The position numbers were made by a program, and so were the translations under genes. Shown here piece by piece: positions 10,404 through 20,476 of a stretch of DNA of 64,000 nucleotides (position 1 is the first letter of the stretch; every line of letters begins with the position of its first letter). The stretch spans positions 432,448 to 496,447 of the forward strand of contig JAGPFQ010000001.1 in assembly GCA_018056375.1 (NCBI GenBank), read 5' to 3'. Source of the DNA: Candidatus Dojkabacteria bacterium (GTDB lineage: Bacteria > Patescibacteriota > Dojkabacteria > SC72). The notes beneath the pieces are model-generated. The model was given only the letters and a program-made list of their open reading frames with translations, searched no databases and was not told where the DNA came from.

Positions 10404-11121
10404 AACCTCCCCCTCCTGAACTACCTCCACCAAAACCTCCAAAGCTATCACCAGAACTACCACCTCCATAATCACTAGATGAAGAAGATGTAAAGTCTTC
10501 TGGTCCAATATGCCAACCTTTCCAGTTAGGGTACTTTTTTCTCAGAATTCTTACAGCGACAGCTATCCCAACAACAATGGCAACTATGAAAATGAAAACT
10601 ATGAAAGAGACAACACTATCATCCTCCGGTACTTCAAATTCCCCTTTAGTTATTGCAATAATCTTATCAACACTCCCATCAATACCTTCGTAATATTTGT
10701 CTTCCCTAAAATTAGGAACCATTACATTCTCAATTATCCAACTAGCTTCAGCATCCGTAAGTGCTCCTTCTAATCCATATCCTACCTCTATCCTCATCTG
10801 TCTCTCTTTCATTGCAACGAGTATTAAAACTCCATTATCTCTACCCTTTTTCCCTATCCCCCAATCCTCAAAAAGTTTTACTGCAAAATTCTCAATATAA
10901 TCACCTTCGAGAGAATCAATAATGACAACAGCTATCTCATTTGTACTCTCCTGTTCAAAATCTGAAATCTTACTTCCTAGTGCTCTTTTTTGTTCATATG
11001 TTAAGGTATTAGTATAGTCATTAACATATTTTTCAGGAGTACCTAATTTGTAGTAAGCAACAACAGGTGTTGCAAACAACAAAAGAAGTATTAAAGATAT
11101 TACAACATTTTTAATTTTCAT
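10387..11121 (-). CDS. TPM-domain protein (TLP18.3/YgcG-like) with C-terminal TM and Gly/Ser-rich tail
   Basis: Signal peptide. The TPM motif region is '...YVNDYTNTL...VVIIDSLEG...NGVLILVAMKERQMRIEVGYGLEG'. Confidence 0.7.
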   Translation of the reverse strand: MKIKNVVISLILLLLFATPVVAYYKLGTPEKYVNDYTNTLTYEQKRALGSKISDFEQESTNEIAVVIIDSLEGDYIENFAVKLFEDWGIGKKGRDNGVLILVAMKERQMRIEVGYGLEGALTDAEASWIIENVMVPNFREDKYYEGIDGSVDKIIAITKGEFEVPEDDSVVSFIVFIFIVAIVVGIAVAVRILRKKYPNWKGWHIGPEDFTSSSSSDYGGGSSGDSFGGFGGGSSGGGGSSGSW

Positions 11122-11133
11122 TTAAAAGATTGT

Positions 11134-11703
11134 TTACTTTGTCAAATCAACCTTAGGAGCAACTTCTGAACCTTCTTCTGATTCAAAATATGCTTTCTCT
11201 TCAAATCCGAACATAGATGCAATCCACTTAGTTGGGATTGTTTTCATGTCTGCATTAAATTCCTTTACCTGATCATTATATCTCTGTCTTTCAACAGCAA
11301 TTCGATTCTCTGTACCTTCTAATTGAGACATTAATGTTTTAACTGTATCTAGAGATTTGAGTTCTGGATAGTTCTCTATTACAACAAGTAGTCGAGATAG
11401 TGCACCTTCTACTGCTGTAGCTGCCTCAGCTCTCTCACTAGTTGTTTTTGCTGAAGAGTATCTTGTTCTTGCTTCTGCAATGTTAGTAAATACCTCTGTT
11501 TCTTGAGACATAGCTCCTTTAACAGATTCTACCAAGTTGGGAATTAAGTCAAATCTTCTTTGATATTGACTTTCAACCTGTGCCCATTGGTTATCTACTT
11601 CTTCATTAGATTTCACAAGTCTATTGTGTGTTCTTAGGAAGAAACCTCCTAGGATTACAATAATACCTATGATAATTGCCCATGCTGGTATTCCTTTTTT
11701 CAT
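11134..11703 (-). CDS. lemA: LemA family protein
   Basis: N-terminal TM followed by a LemA core ('NLVESVKGAMSQETEV...ARTRY'). Forms the canonical LemA/TPM gene pair with the TPM gene downstream. Confidence 0.75.
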   Translation of the reverse strand: MKKGIPAWAIIIGIIVILGGFFLRTHNRLVKSNEEVDNQWAQVESQYQRRFDLIPNLVESVKGAMSQETEVFTNIAEARTRYSSAKTTSERAEAATAVEGALSRLLVVIENYPELKSLDTVKTLMSQLEGTENRIAVERQRYNDQVKEFNADMKTIPTKWIASMFGFEEKAYFESEEGSEVAPKVDLTK

Positions 11704-11778
11704 ATTAATTTAGAGATAAAATAATATAAGAACCTATTAAGATTAACATAAAAGAGGGTTTTGAGCAAACCAATATAC

Positions 11779-12411
11779 CTACTTCTTCTCCTCAGAAAGA
11801 CTCATTAGAATTTTATATACCTCATAAGGGTCTGACAAACCCACTAAATTATCTGACAAAGAATAAACTGAACTATTCTGTCCTCCTGTACTTGCTATCT
11901 CTCCAGTAAAAATTAATATCTTTCCAACTGAGAATAGTTTATCAATAAGACCTATCTTAACCTGACTATTCTTAATATTTTTATAATCAATTGTTTTAAA
12001 ATTCTGAGCAATTACACCTCTAGATATAATTATTCTTTTATCAGTAAATGCATATTTTTCTTTTTCATAAGCAAAAATCTTGAAAACTGGAGAAAGAATT
12101 AGAGCAAATCCAATTACATAGAAAGGAATTAGAATTACTGAAAAAGCACTTGTTTGTTTATCAATTAATTCTGTTGCTTTGTCTACTGCAGGAACAGCCC
12201 TTTGTTGCATAGCTATATTCCTAACAGGGAGAGAATTTTTTACAGAAGAAAAAGATTTAGTAAAAGAAGAGATCCAAGAGGTCATAGCTAGAAATATAAT
12301 ACCTATTAAAATAGTTGCCCCACTAGAGAAAATGTATGGTAAGAATTTGGGTTTACCCTCCCATTTAATCTGCTCCCCTTCTACTAATACTGAATCAAAA
12401 TCTTTACTCAT
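11779..12411 (-). CDS. membrane protein with bacterial PH domain (bPH_2/YdbT-like)
   Basis: Two TM helices followed by 'FTDKRIIISRG...' PH-like region. Confidence 0.5.
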   Translation of the reverse strand: MSKDFDSVLVEGEQIKWEGKPKFLPYIFSSGATILIGIIFLAMTSWISSFTKSFSSVKNSLPVRNIAMQQRAVPAVDKATELIDKQTSAFSVILIPFYVIGFALILSPVFKIFAYEKEKYAFTDKRIIISRGVIAQNFKTIDYKNIKNSQVKIGLIDKLFSVGKILIFTGEIASTGGQNSSVYSLSDNLVGLSDPYEVYKILMSLSEEKK

Positions 12412-12463
12412 TAGAAAAGTTTTTAAAATTTATATAACTACATATTACACTTAATAGAGATAT

Positions 12464-13198
12464 TTATCTAGATATTAATATTATTTTATCATCTACTACA
12501 GCCCAGATTTTACCATTATTCTCGGTATAGAATTCTAATTCACCATCTGTTGATTTAATAATACTCACATCTGTATTTCCATCTTCTCGAATATTATCTT
12601 GAAGTAAATAGAAAGGACCATATTTTTTCGCGACTGTAATTAAATCTTCTCTTTTATATGTTTCATTATCTACTACTAATGATTCTGGATAGATATCACT
12701 TGATGTATTGTTATGTGGATAGATTGATAACCCATCCAAATTCAAACCTTCTTCAATACGAAAATCAGGATATTCATCACTACATGGGACTATAATGATA
12801 TATTTAGACATTAACATTGCACCAGCACTAAAACCCATCATTACTCCATCATAATTTTTCAAAAATGGTAATAGTCCTAAATCAGTACAAAGTTCTTTTT
12901 GCTTAAATGGGTTACCTCCCATTAACATAACAAAGTCTGCACTTTTTACTTTTTCTTGTGCTTCTAGCCTATCAATATCTGGAGTTATTAAAGTGACTTC
13001 ATCAAATTTAATTCCTACATCATCAAAATGTTTTGTAAATGCTGGTAAATACTTTGTTTGTACCTTTTCTATTTTCTCTACGCCACCAGGAATATATACT
13101 ATGCTTTTTGTTTCTTTCAATTCATCCTTAAACATATCTCCTAATCCATGACCAAAAGCATTGTTAATATCATATCCACTGCAATAGTATCTAACCAT
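12464..13198 (-). CDS. peptidase S51 family (dipeptidase E/cyanophycinase-like)
   Basis: 'MLMGGNPF' and 'GFSAGAM' motifs. Confidence 0.6.
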   Translation of the reverse strand: MVRYYCSGYDINNAFGHGLGDMFKDELKETKSIVYIPGGVEKIEKVQTKYLPAFTKHFDDVGIKFDEVTLITPDIDRLEAQEKVKSADFVMLMGGNPFKQKELCTDLGLLPFLKNYDGVMMGFSAGAMLMSKYIIIVPCSDEYPDFRIEEGLNLDGLSIYPHNNTSSDIYPESLVVDNETYKREDLITVAKKYGPFYLLQDNIREDGNTDVSIIKSTDGELEFYTENNGKIWAVVDDKIILISR

Positions 13199-13220
13199 AG
13201 AGATTATCCTTGAAAAATTA

Positions 13221-13295
13221 TGGTACCGCTACGGGGAATCGAACCCCGATTGTAGGATTGAGAATCCTATGTCCTAACCGTTAGACGATAGCGGC
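13221..13295 (-). tRNA. tRNA-Glu (anticodon CUC), CCA encoded
   Basis: 75-nt cloverleaf on the minus strand. It has a GCCGCTA acceptor, a D-arm 'GTCTAACGGTTAGGAC' resembling bacterial tRNA-Glu, an anticodon loop 'TTCTCAA', a T-arm 'GGGGTTCGATTCCCC' and a terminal CCA. Confidence 0.85.
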
Positions 13296-13349
13296 ATGTC
13301 TAGGAGGTATTTTATCACAACTTAGATGTTTTTTCATTAATGGTTTCTC

Positions 13350-13378
13350 CTTGACATAGATATATTGAATGTATATGA
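13350..13378 (+). promoter_or_regulatory. sigma70-like promoter candidate upstream of the second greA
   Basis: TTGACA (13350-13355), a 17-nt spacer, then TATGAT (13373-13378). Lies about 30 nt upstream of the ATG at 13408, with a purine-rich RBS between. Confidence 0.4.
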
Positions 13379-13407
13379 TGCCTTGAATTAATATTAAGAG
13401 AAGAAAT

Positions 13408-13869
13408 ATGAGTGATAACAATGAGTATTTAACAACAAAAGAAGGTTTAGAGAAGTTAAAGGAAGAGTTAAAAGAAAGAGAAACGGTAACAAGAGAGAAA
13501 ATAGCTAATGTTTTGAATGAGATGAGAAGCCAGGGGGACCTCAGTGAAAATGATGGTTACTCCATGGCTGTAGAAGAACAGAATATTAATGAGGCAAAGA
13601 TTGTAGAACTAAAGGAGAAGATTAAGAATGCAAAAGTTGTAGTATCTACAAAGAAGAATGTTGTACATATTGGTGATACCGTGCTACTAAAGGGAAAGAA
13701 AGAGTTGAAATATCAGATTGTTGGAGAAGATCAGGCTAATCCTCTTGAAGGAAAAATTTCACACCTCTCACCAGTTGGAGAGTCCCTTATTGGAAAGAAA
13801 ATTGGTGACAAGATTGAATTACCATCGTTAGGAGGAAAAGAGAAATATGTACTTTCAGAAATCCTTTAA
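13408..13869 (+). CDS. transcription elongation factor GreA paralog
   Basis: 153 aa with the same architecture as greA ('SPVGESLIGKKIGDKI'). Confidence 0.75.
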   Translation: MSDNNEYLTTKEGLEKLKEELKERETVTREKIANVLNEMRSQGDLSENDGYSMAVEEQNINEAKIVELKEKIKNAKVVVSTKKNVVHIGDTVLLKGKKELKYQIVGEDQANPLEGKISHLSPVGESLIGKKIGDKIELPSLGGKEKYVLSEIL

Positions 13870-13873
13870 TGTT

Positions 13874-14581
13874 TTAAGGATGAATTAGAGTCCCTTCTGA
13901 GAGAATATCTCCTAAGCCTTCTTTTTCCATCAAGTTTTTACCACCACATATGAAGAATGACATTTCTTTGTTTCTACAAAACCTTGCAGATACTTTATCT
14001 ATCGGAAGACTATGATTTGCCTGGTGTTCATCTGTATCTGTGATTGAGAAGAGATCAAAATATTCTTTCCAAGTCATGTCTTTAATAGGGGTTGCATCTG
14101 AGTGTTTTTTAGGATCTTTATCATATACATATTCTATATTTGAAAGTTTGTATATTCTTTTTTCGAATAATATGTCTGCAAAAACAGCGGCATCCATGTC
14201 TGTACTCCAGCCTAGCTTAAGTCCACCACTTACAAGAGTTCCTGGTGTGTCTTCTAAGAGGTATTCATATGCTTCACCAAGGGTTCTGGGTATGAAGATG
14301 TTTGAATGCCCCAGGAAGCCTCCTAGAAGCTCTGCACTAGTCTGAGTTACAGACATAGCTATACTATGTAGAGCCTGCTCATTAGCAATATTATTCCCTA
14401 CTTTACTCTGGAGACTTCTAGACAGCGTACCGCCCCCAGTCACCATTACAAATTTCCAGTAGATATCCTTGTTCTCAACATACCAACTTTTAATCTTACC
14501 CATTATGTCAAAATTTATATCTTGATTCTCGCTATACAGTAATGAACCTCCAACTTTCAAAACAATATCTTTTTTATCCAT
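13874..14581 (-). CDS. amino-acid-kinase superfamily protein (archaeal-type UMP kinase or isopentenyl-phosphate-kinase-like)
   Basis: 'IVLKVGGSLL' N-terminus and 'VTGGG' glycine motif. Confidence 0.5.
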   Translation of the reverse strand: MDKKDIVLKVGGSLLYSENQDINFDIMGKIKSWYVENKDIYWKFVMVTGGGTLSRSLQSKVGNNIANEQALHSIAMSVTQTSAELLGGFLGHSNIFIPRTLGEAYEYLLEDTPGTLVSGGLKLGWSTDMDAAVFADILFEKRIYKLSNIEYVYDKDPKKHSDATPIKDMTWKEYFDLFSITDTDEHQANHSLPIDKVSARFCRNKEMSFFICGGKNLMEKEGLGDILSEGTLIHP

Positions 14582-14583
14582 AC

Positions 14584-15381
14584 TTACATTGTTAATATTA
14601 AAACCAGCGCAAAGATTACATAGAGTACAGGAGCTAGGTAATCGTTTAGTTTCACTCTACCAGAGAATCTAATATTCCAAAGAGATATAATTAAGTAGAA
14701 GGTTAATGCTCCAACAGCAGGTATTATGAATATATTTCTATTCCAAAAGGGAATCATCGAGAGTGCAGTAACAATTGCACTTAGGAATGCCAAGACAATT
14801 TCAACTAAGCCAAACCTATCATGTAGTTTTAATACGAAGATATACAGAGTTAATGATGAAAAGAAACCTAGTAACGTATATTCAATAATTGAGAACCCTA
14901 TTCTTAAAAATGCATTTAACAAAAGAAAAAGAATTGTTATGCATATGAAATCAAATACAGCCTTTGTTGCAATATGTACTGTGTAAAATTTCTTCATAGA
15001 GCTTTTTACATTCAAGAAGAGCAGTAAAAGAAGAATCATACACATAATCAAGACAAAATGACCTAAGATTACATTCCTATTAAAAAAGAGAAAAACTAAA
15101 AGGGAGATGTAAAATATTGAAGGTAAAACAAAATATGAAAAGAATCTTTCCTTTAGAGATATTTTCATCAGTACATTGCTGTATTTGGATATTTTCTTTT
15201 TAGAATAGAGGGAGAATGCCCTGCCAAACCAAAAAATTAGTAATAGAAGACCTAAGACTCCCCATAGGATAATTGTTCTAAGAGGAGATTTAAGAATAGA
15301 GATGTTAAAAAACTCTGTAACTACAAACAGAAATAGGATGTAGAGGATTTCACTTTTTATTTCTATTTTCCCAAACTTCAT
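14584..15381 (-). CDS. polytopic integral membrane protein, function unknown
   Basis: About 8 hydrophobic segments and no recognisable motif. Confidence 0.4.
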   Translation of the reverse strand: MKFGKIEIKSEILYILFLFVVTEFFNISILKSPLRTIILWGVLGLLLLIFWFGRAFSLYSKKKISKYSNVLMKISLKERFFSYFVLPSIFYISLLVFLFFNRNVILGHFVLIMCMILLLLLFLNVKSSMKKFYTVHIATKAVFDFICITILFLLLNAFLRIGFSIIEYTLLGFFSSLTLYIFVLKLHDRFGLVEIVLAFLSAIVTALSMIPFWNRNIFIIPAVGALTFYLIISLWNIRFSGRVKLNDYLAPVLYVIFALVLILTM

Positions 15382-15397
15382 AGGCAGTTACATTTAT

Positions 15398-16888
15398 TTA
15401 TGTTATAGAACCTGAGAAACCTGTAAATAACGAAACAGTTACTATTATCCACCATGCACCAACTGTAAAGACATCTCCTATTGATTCTTTAAATTTGCGT
15501 TGCTTGATAAACCAGAAGACATTCAATACTAATAAGACAAAAATAAATGAAACTATACCGATATTTATACCACCTCTAACAGACAGAGAAAAGATTGGAA
15601 GATTGTTTCTCTGTTCTTTCTCTTTTACTTGGAAATATTCTGTTATTTCAACACTAGAGGTATTACCAGCATGGTCTGATAAGTTTATATATACAGATGT
15701 TGGATGTGGTTCTTTGGGAATAGTCACCTCAACATCCTCTTGCCCTATTGGTGAATTAGCAAGAAGGATATTAGAATCCACTATTATATTTACTTCTTCC
15801 CACTCACCCTTAACTTTGAAAGTTAAAGTGAAATTTTCAGAGTCCTCAACAACTTTCAAAGTTGAGAGGTCTACTTCAGGAGCTTTAGAATCTATTATAA
15901 ATGTACTTTCCTCTGATTTGACTTCAGTATCTTTAAGTACAGCAATAATTTTATGCTCCCCTTCACTCCAATCACTATCTTTATCAACTTCCCATGTGCT
16001 ACCTGTTGCATTACTACTTCCTACAACTTCATCATTTTCTAAAATATTTACTGTATATTCTCCAGTAGTATTCTTTGTTTCCCCCTTAACATTGACAGAA
16101 GGATCTGTTATCACTTCACCCATACTTGGAGATGTTATTCTAATACTTCTTATTTCACCCTGTTCTTTTGGTGTTACTACTTTCTGGCTACCTGTTTCAA
16201 CTTTTTTAGGTGTAGGAGGTGTAGTCGTTTCTACTGGTTTAGGCGCTTCTGATGTGGTAGTTCCTTGTACTGACCTTGTAAGATTCCCAAACATTTGAAC
16301 AACAAGTATTGTCTGTTTACCTAAGAGCTCCCCTTCTACAACTGCAATCCCTATATCTCTGTAATTTGCACTAAGTATGTTTTCCCTATGAGTTGGACTA
16401 GCCATCCATGCTTCGACCAAACCTTCTGCTGTTCTAAAACCTTTTCCTAAATTTTCTCCAGCATAGACATAGTTATACCCTGCACCTCTTATAAACTGCC
16501 ATGGTGTCTCTCCATTTGGACCGAAGTGGTCCCAATACTGTTTTGCAAACATATCATTTGCTTTTGCTAGTGCAGCAGATGCTAGTTGTGGATTATTTTT
16601 CAAATCCCCCAACCCTGCTAACCTTCTCTCTTGGTTTGTAAGGGATATGATATTTGCTTGGTTGATAGTACTGGCATATGCCTGATTAATTCCAAAGATT
16701 GCTCCAAATTGGTTAATCAACAAAAGAAAAAGAGTATAGAGTACTATAGCAGGTTTGCTTAGTAAGTATGCCTTGTTTCTATTCTTCTTTGTTGGAATGA
16801 AAAAATCCTTCAACATGTCTGAGTATAGTTTAAAGCATTTTGAAATAATAGTAAACAGAAAAAGGACCCATACGGATCCTTTCCCCAT
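15398..16888 (-). CDS. secreted CAP/SCP (YkwD-like) domain protein with Thr/Pro-rich linker, Ig-like region and C-terminal TM anchor
   Basis: CAP motifs 'SLTNQERR...GENL...AWMASPTHRENIL'. C-terminal hydrophobic segment plus basic tail. True start is probably the internal Met near 16816. Confidence 0.65.
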   Translation of the reverse strand: MGKGSVWVLFLFTIISKCFKLYSDMLKDFFIPTKKNRNKAYLLSKPAIVLYTLFLLLINQFGAIFGINQAYASTINQANIISLTNQERRLAGLGDLKNNPQLASAALAKANDMFAKQYWDHFGPNGETPWQFIRGAGYNYVYAGENLGKGFRTAEGLVEAWMASPTHRENILSANYRDIGIAVVEGELLGKQTILVVQMFGNLTRSVQGTTTSEAPKPVETTTPPTPKKVETGSQKVVTPKEQGEIRSIRITSPSMGEVITDPSVNVKGETKNTTGEYTVNILENDEVVGSSNATGSTWEVDKDSDWSEGEHKIIAVLKDTEVKSEESTFIIDSKAPEVDLSTLKVVEDSENFTLTFKVKGEWEEVNIIVDSNILLANSPIGQEDVEVTIPKEPHPTSVYINLSDHAGNTSSVEITEYFQVKEKEQRNNLPIFSLSVRGGINIGIVSFIFVLLVLNVFWFIKQRKFKESIGDVFTVGAWWIIVTVSLFTGFSGSIT

Positions 16889-16917
16889 TTCTTTATCTAT
16901 AAAGAAATACCGGCAGT

Positions 16918-17190
16918 CTACTTAACAGCAGCTCTAAGAGCTTTTCCTGCTTTGAATGCAGGTACCTTTGTTGCTGGAAGCTGAATCTTCTCTAGAGTTT
17001 TTGGATTGATTCCAGTTCTTGCTGCTCTTGTTCTGACTTCGAATTTACCAAAGCCTGTCAAGAGTACTGGTTCTCCTTTCTTAAGAGAATCAGCAATTGC
17101 TTCTAAGACTGCATCTAATGCTGCACCAGCTTCTTTCTTTGTAAGACCTGTTGCTGCAATTCTGTCAATTAAATCTTTCTTTAACATTGT
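16918..17190 (-). CDS. hup: HU family DNA-binding protein
   Basis: '[11 protein letters not shown]...[18 protein letters not shown]' starts at the internal Met. The 5' extension to 17277 in the ORF track is not HU-like. Confidence 0.85.
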   Translation of the reverse strand, partial: TMLKKDLIDRIAATGLTKKEAGAALDAVLEAIADSLKKGEPVLLTGFGKFEVRTRAARTGINPKTLEKIQLPATKVPAFKAGKALRAAVK

Positions 17191-17471
17191 AATAACCTCC
17201 TTTCTTTTTTGATATATACACAAATAGCGTATATCCACTATTAAAATAAGCAAAAGTAGAGAATTGGTCAAGTACACTTTTCCTATAGGCTAGCCAGTTG
17301 GGATTGTAAAAACTCTCTCAGGATAAGACCTTTTTCTACTTCTCTCATGTTTCTCACAAACTTTACAATTTTTTTGAACATCTTAGAACACAAAGAAACA
17401 CTTATATTACAGACTTAAATGACACTACCACAAAGAAAGTGAGACAGGAACAATAAAAAGTATACATTTGT

Positions 17472-17503
17472 AAAAAAAGAGGGGAGATTGTATAGTCTCC
17501 CCT
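17472..17503 (-). terminator. intrinsic terminator downstream of rny
   Basis: Minus-strand stem GGGGAGA/TCTCCCC (17480-17487 pairs with 17496-17503) with an 8-nt loop, followed by a T-run (A7 at 17472-17478 on plus). Lies 43 nt after the rny stop. Confidence 0.6.
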
Positions 17504-17545
17504 GCCCCTATAACAAGCATTACTAGAAGATAGTGATATTTAGAG

Positions 17546-19078
17546 CTATTTTGCTACATTTGTAGCTCTTGTCTCTCTAATTATGGTTACTTCCACATTA
17601 CCTGGATAGCTCTGTTTACTCTCTATTTCCTCAGCAATATCCTTAGCCATTACAATTGCTTCATCATCTGAAACCAACTTAGGGTTAACTATCACTCTCA
17701 CTTCTCTTCCTGCTCTAATAGCAAATACATCTTCTATTCTGTCTCCTCCAACCTCTTTTGCAGCATTTTCAATTCCTTCAACTCTTTGGATGTATTGTTC
17801 ATAACTATCTTTTCTTGCTCCGGGTCTTGAGCCTGATATTGCATCTGCTAAGTAGATAACTACTGCTTCTGCTGTCTGTGGTTCTATATCCAGATGATGA
17901 GACTCTATTGCATTAACAAGAGTTTCATCCAATCCATATTTTCTAGCAACCTGACCTGAGATATGATGATGCGGACTATCTACTTTGTGTGTAAGAACCT
18001 TACCTACATCATGTAACAGAGCCGCTTTTTTAACCAAATCGACATCTGCCCCTATCTCTTTTGCAAGAGCACCCGCAAGTCTTATAACTTCAATTGTATG
18101 AGACATTAAAGATTGACCATAACTACTTCTATACTTCATCTTACCAACCAATTTCATTAACCCAGGATCTATATCTGGCCAACCAGCTTCATCTGCTAAT
18201 ATCTGCCCATTCTTCTTTATCTCTTGTGCTATTTCATTTTTTGCTTTCCTCACAGCATCTTCAATAGAACCAGGATGGATTCTTCCATCTGCTATTAGTT
18301 TTGTCATTGCAACATGTGCAATCTCTCTTCTAAGAGGGTCAAACGAAGAAAGAGCAATTGCATTTGGTGATTCATCAACAATGACATCAACTCCTGTCAA
18401 CTGTTCAAAAGACCTAATATTTCTTCCCTCTTTTCCAATAACTCTACCCTTAACCTTATCATCATCTACTTTAATCGTACTTGTTGTTGTCTCTCCTACA
18501 TAATCGGTAACAATATTTTGCATTGTTTCTACTAATACTTTCTTTGCTTTCTCATCTGCTGTTGCCTCTATATTTTTTTCTGCTTGCCTAATTTTCTTTG
18601 CTTCGTACTCTTTCATATCTTGTTCTATCTCTTCTACAAGCTTCTCTCTAGCCTCTTCTTTTGACAAACCAGAAATATTTTCTAATTCTTGTTTAACTTC
18701 TACTCTGTCCTTTTCTAATCTTTCAATACCATCTTTTAATTGATGCTCTTTACTCTCTAATTCCTCGCTTTTCTCATCCAATATTTTGGACCTTCTATTT
18801 AACTTCCTCTCTCTTTCAATCAAAATTTCCTCATGATCTTGGCTCTCTTTTCTCATCTGTTTAAGTCTTCGCTCCTCCCTGTTTTTCATTTCATCCATTT
18901 CTTTTTCTGCATTTTTCATTCGATCTCCCATAATTCTTTTTGCAACCTTTTCTACCTCTTCCTCTGGAATATCTTTCACATTTACCCATTTAAATCCATA
19001 TTTTAAAACTAACACTGTAGCTACAATTGCAAGGATTGCCACACCTATGGTTATAGATAATATAACACCAGTACTCAT
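17546..19078 (-). CDS. rny: ribonuclease Y
   Basis: N-terminal TM, coiled coil, KH domain ('GRVIGKEGRNIR') and HD domain ('LLHDVGK'). Confidence 0.9.
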   Translation of the reverse strand: MSTGVILSITIGVAILAIVATVLVLKYGFKWVNVKDIPEEEVEKVAKRIMGDRMKNAEKEMDEMKNREERRLKQMRKESQDHEEILIERERKLNRRSKILDEKSEELESKEHQLKDGIERLEKDRVEVKQELENISGLSKEEAREKLVEEIEQDMKEYEAKKIRQAEKNIEATADEKAKKVLVETMQNIVTDYVGETTTSTIKVDDDKVKGRVIGKEGRNIRSFEQLTGVDVIVDESPNAIALSSFDPLRREIAHVAMTKLIADGRIHPGSIEDAVRKAKNEIAQEIKKNGQILADEAGWPDIDPGLMKLVGKMKYRSSYGQSLMSHTIEVIRLAGALAKEIGADVDLVKKAALLHDVGKVLTHKVDSPHHHISGQVARKYGLDETLVNAIESHHLDIEPQTAEAVVIYLADAISGSRPGARKDSYEQYIQRVEGIENAAKEVGGDRIEDVFAIRAGREVRVIVNPKLVSDDEAIVMAKDIAEEIESKQSYPGNVEVTIIRETRATNVAK

Positions 19079-19361
19079 ATCAATATTTGTTTAAAAATTT
19101 AATCGTACCTTTAAAAGGTAGATTCTAGGAAATAAAGACCGAAAGTGGCCTTTGAATAAGAAATAATAAATTTTTAAAAATTTCAAAAATCATAAAATAC
19201 CAAAAATGTTTTACTTTTATCAAAATTCTATTTTCCTAAAATCCCTTTATATAAGGATTATGTAATAATACCATTTTTATCAAGAAGCTTCAAACTTATT
19301 CTTACAATTACCATCATCTGGGAAAGCATCGCTAAAAATAATTGCCTCACAATAAAAAGAA

Positions 19362-19571
19362 TTACACACCCAGAATACCATTTATAGATGCTAAAATTGC
19401 CTCTTTATCTAAAGCAACATAATCACTCTCTGCCTCAAAGAAATCTCTTAGTTTAATTATTTCTTCTTCAGTAAGTGTATCAACCCTTTTAATCAAGTCT
19501 ATCTTCAACTCTGTAGAAAGCAAAAGAGAGTCTTTAATCATATCTATTAGTTCTAACATTGACTGCTGCAT
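19362..19571 (-). CDS. small hypothetical protein (69 aa)
   Basis: ORF only. Sits just downstream of the 293-aa hypothetical. Confidence 0.3.
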   Translation of the reverse strand: MQQSMLELIDMIKDSLLLSTELKIDLIKRVDTLTEEEIIKLRDFFEAESDYVALDKEAILASINGILGV

Positions 19572-19594
19572 AAGTTGTATTATTAAAAATTAAA

Positions 19595-20476
19595 TTACTG
19601 ATTTAGTGGTGATTTCTCCGCCACTTTTTCAACCTTTTCCTTATTATAATTAACCATATTCTTTAATGTCTTCATATATGCTTTCGTAAGACCAAAACCT
19701 GTTTTGCCAGAGGAAATTAAAATTTGTAATGCATATGGGAAAGCTTTTGCTATCAACTTATACCTCTCATACTCTTTTTTAGCATCGCCTGTATTTTCAT
19801 CATCTTCTGTACCCTCCACTGTCCTTAAGCTAGATAGTGCTTCAGAAGTATTTCGAAGCCAAGATGGTACATCTGGTGTTGGATTTTTCTCTTGGGCAAT
19901 ACGTTTAAGAAAATCTTTCTTTTCATCTCCATCTGCAAAAGCAAGCTTGACATAAGCTTCTTCCAACTTTTTAAGCAGTTTGTTCTTATGCAAATTTTCT
20001 CCCCCAAAAGGAAGAGAATCTGGTCTGTCCTCATCTTCCTTCGTTGATATGAGATTTATTGTTGCATATGCAAAAGCTCTTGCAGCATTCTCTATGTTGG
20101 TTTTAGTACTAGATGCAAACTCTTGAAAAGGTTCTCTGCTTACTTCACTCATTATCTCATTACGTTGCTTATAATCAGCTCCTATTTGCTTTACAACTCC
20201 ACCAACTTTCCCTTTCAATACCTCGAAAAATCTTTTAATCACCCCTGTTCTTGACATCTTCTTGGATTCTCCGTGCTGCATTTCTTCATCTATAAGCTCA
20301 GCAACTGCAGTATCCTGTGCTTCTCTTAGTTCCTGCTTATCGACAACATCTGTCCATTCTGTCTCAGAAGTAGGTTGTCCAACATTAGACTCTTCACCAT
20401 CAATATCTTCCCAAACACCACCTACTTTATGTTCAGCACCTTCTTGTGAACTATCTACTTTATCACTTCCATCCAT
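19595..20476 (-). CDS. hypothetical acidic protein (293 aa)
   Basis: ORF only. Asp/Glu-rich N-terminus. Confidence 0.4.
   Translation of the reverse strand: MDGSDKVDSSQEGAEHKVGGVWEDIDGEESNVGQPTSETEWTDVVDKQELREAQDTAVAELIDEEMQHGESKKMSRTGVIKRFFEVLKGKVGGVVKQIGADYKQRNEIMSEVSREPFQEFASSTKTNIENAARAFAYATINLISTKEDEDRPDSLPFGGENLHKNKLLKKLEEAYVKLAFADGDEKKDFLKRIAQEKNPTPDVPSWLRNTSEALSSLRTVEGTEDDENTGDAKKEYERYKLIAKAFPYALQILISSGKTGFGLTKAYMKTLKNMVNYNKEKVEKVAEKSPLNQ

Noticed and set aside
10404-10508. N-terminal extension of Mpg
   Set aside because: It would overlap the TPM gene's Gly/Ser tail by more than 100 nt. The Mpg-homologous region starts right after the upstream stop.
15495-16298. 267-aa plus-strand ORF
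   Set aside because: Lies entirely antisense within the CAP-domain gene. The sequence is Ser/Thr/Leu-rich and of low complexity with no motif. It is an artefact of AT-rich codon bias.
16889-16917. AT-rich inverted repeat ATTTCTTTAT/ATAAAGAAAT between hup and the CAP gene
   Set aside because: An all-A/T 10-bp stem is weak. The flanking sequence gives no clear support for a terminator or operator.
17191-17277. N-terminal extension of HU predicted by the ORF track
   Set aside because: The extension ([30 protein letters not shown]) is hydrophobic and unlike HU. The canonical HU N-terminus starts at the internal Met.
17281-17470. Possible small RNA (SRP RNA, tmRNA or 6S) in the 268-nt rny-hup spacer
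   Set aside because: No SRP domain IV motif, no tRNA-like end and no conserved 6S bubble were recognised. Only the terminator hairpin was supported.
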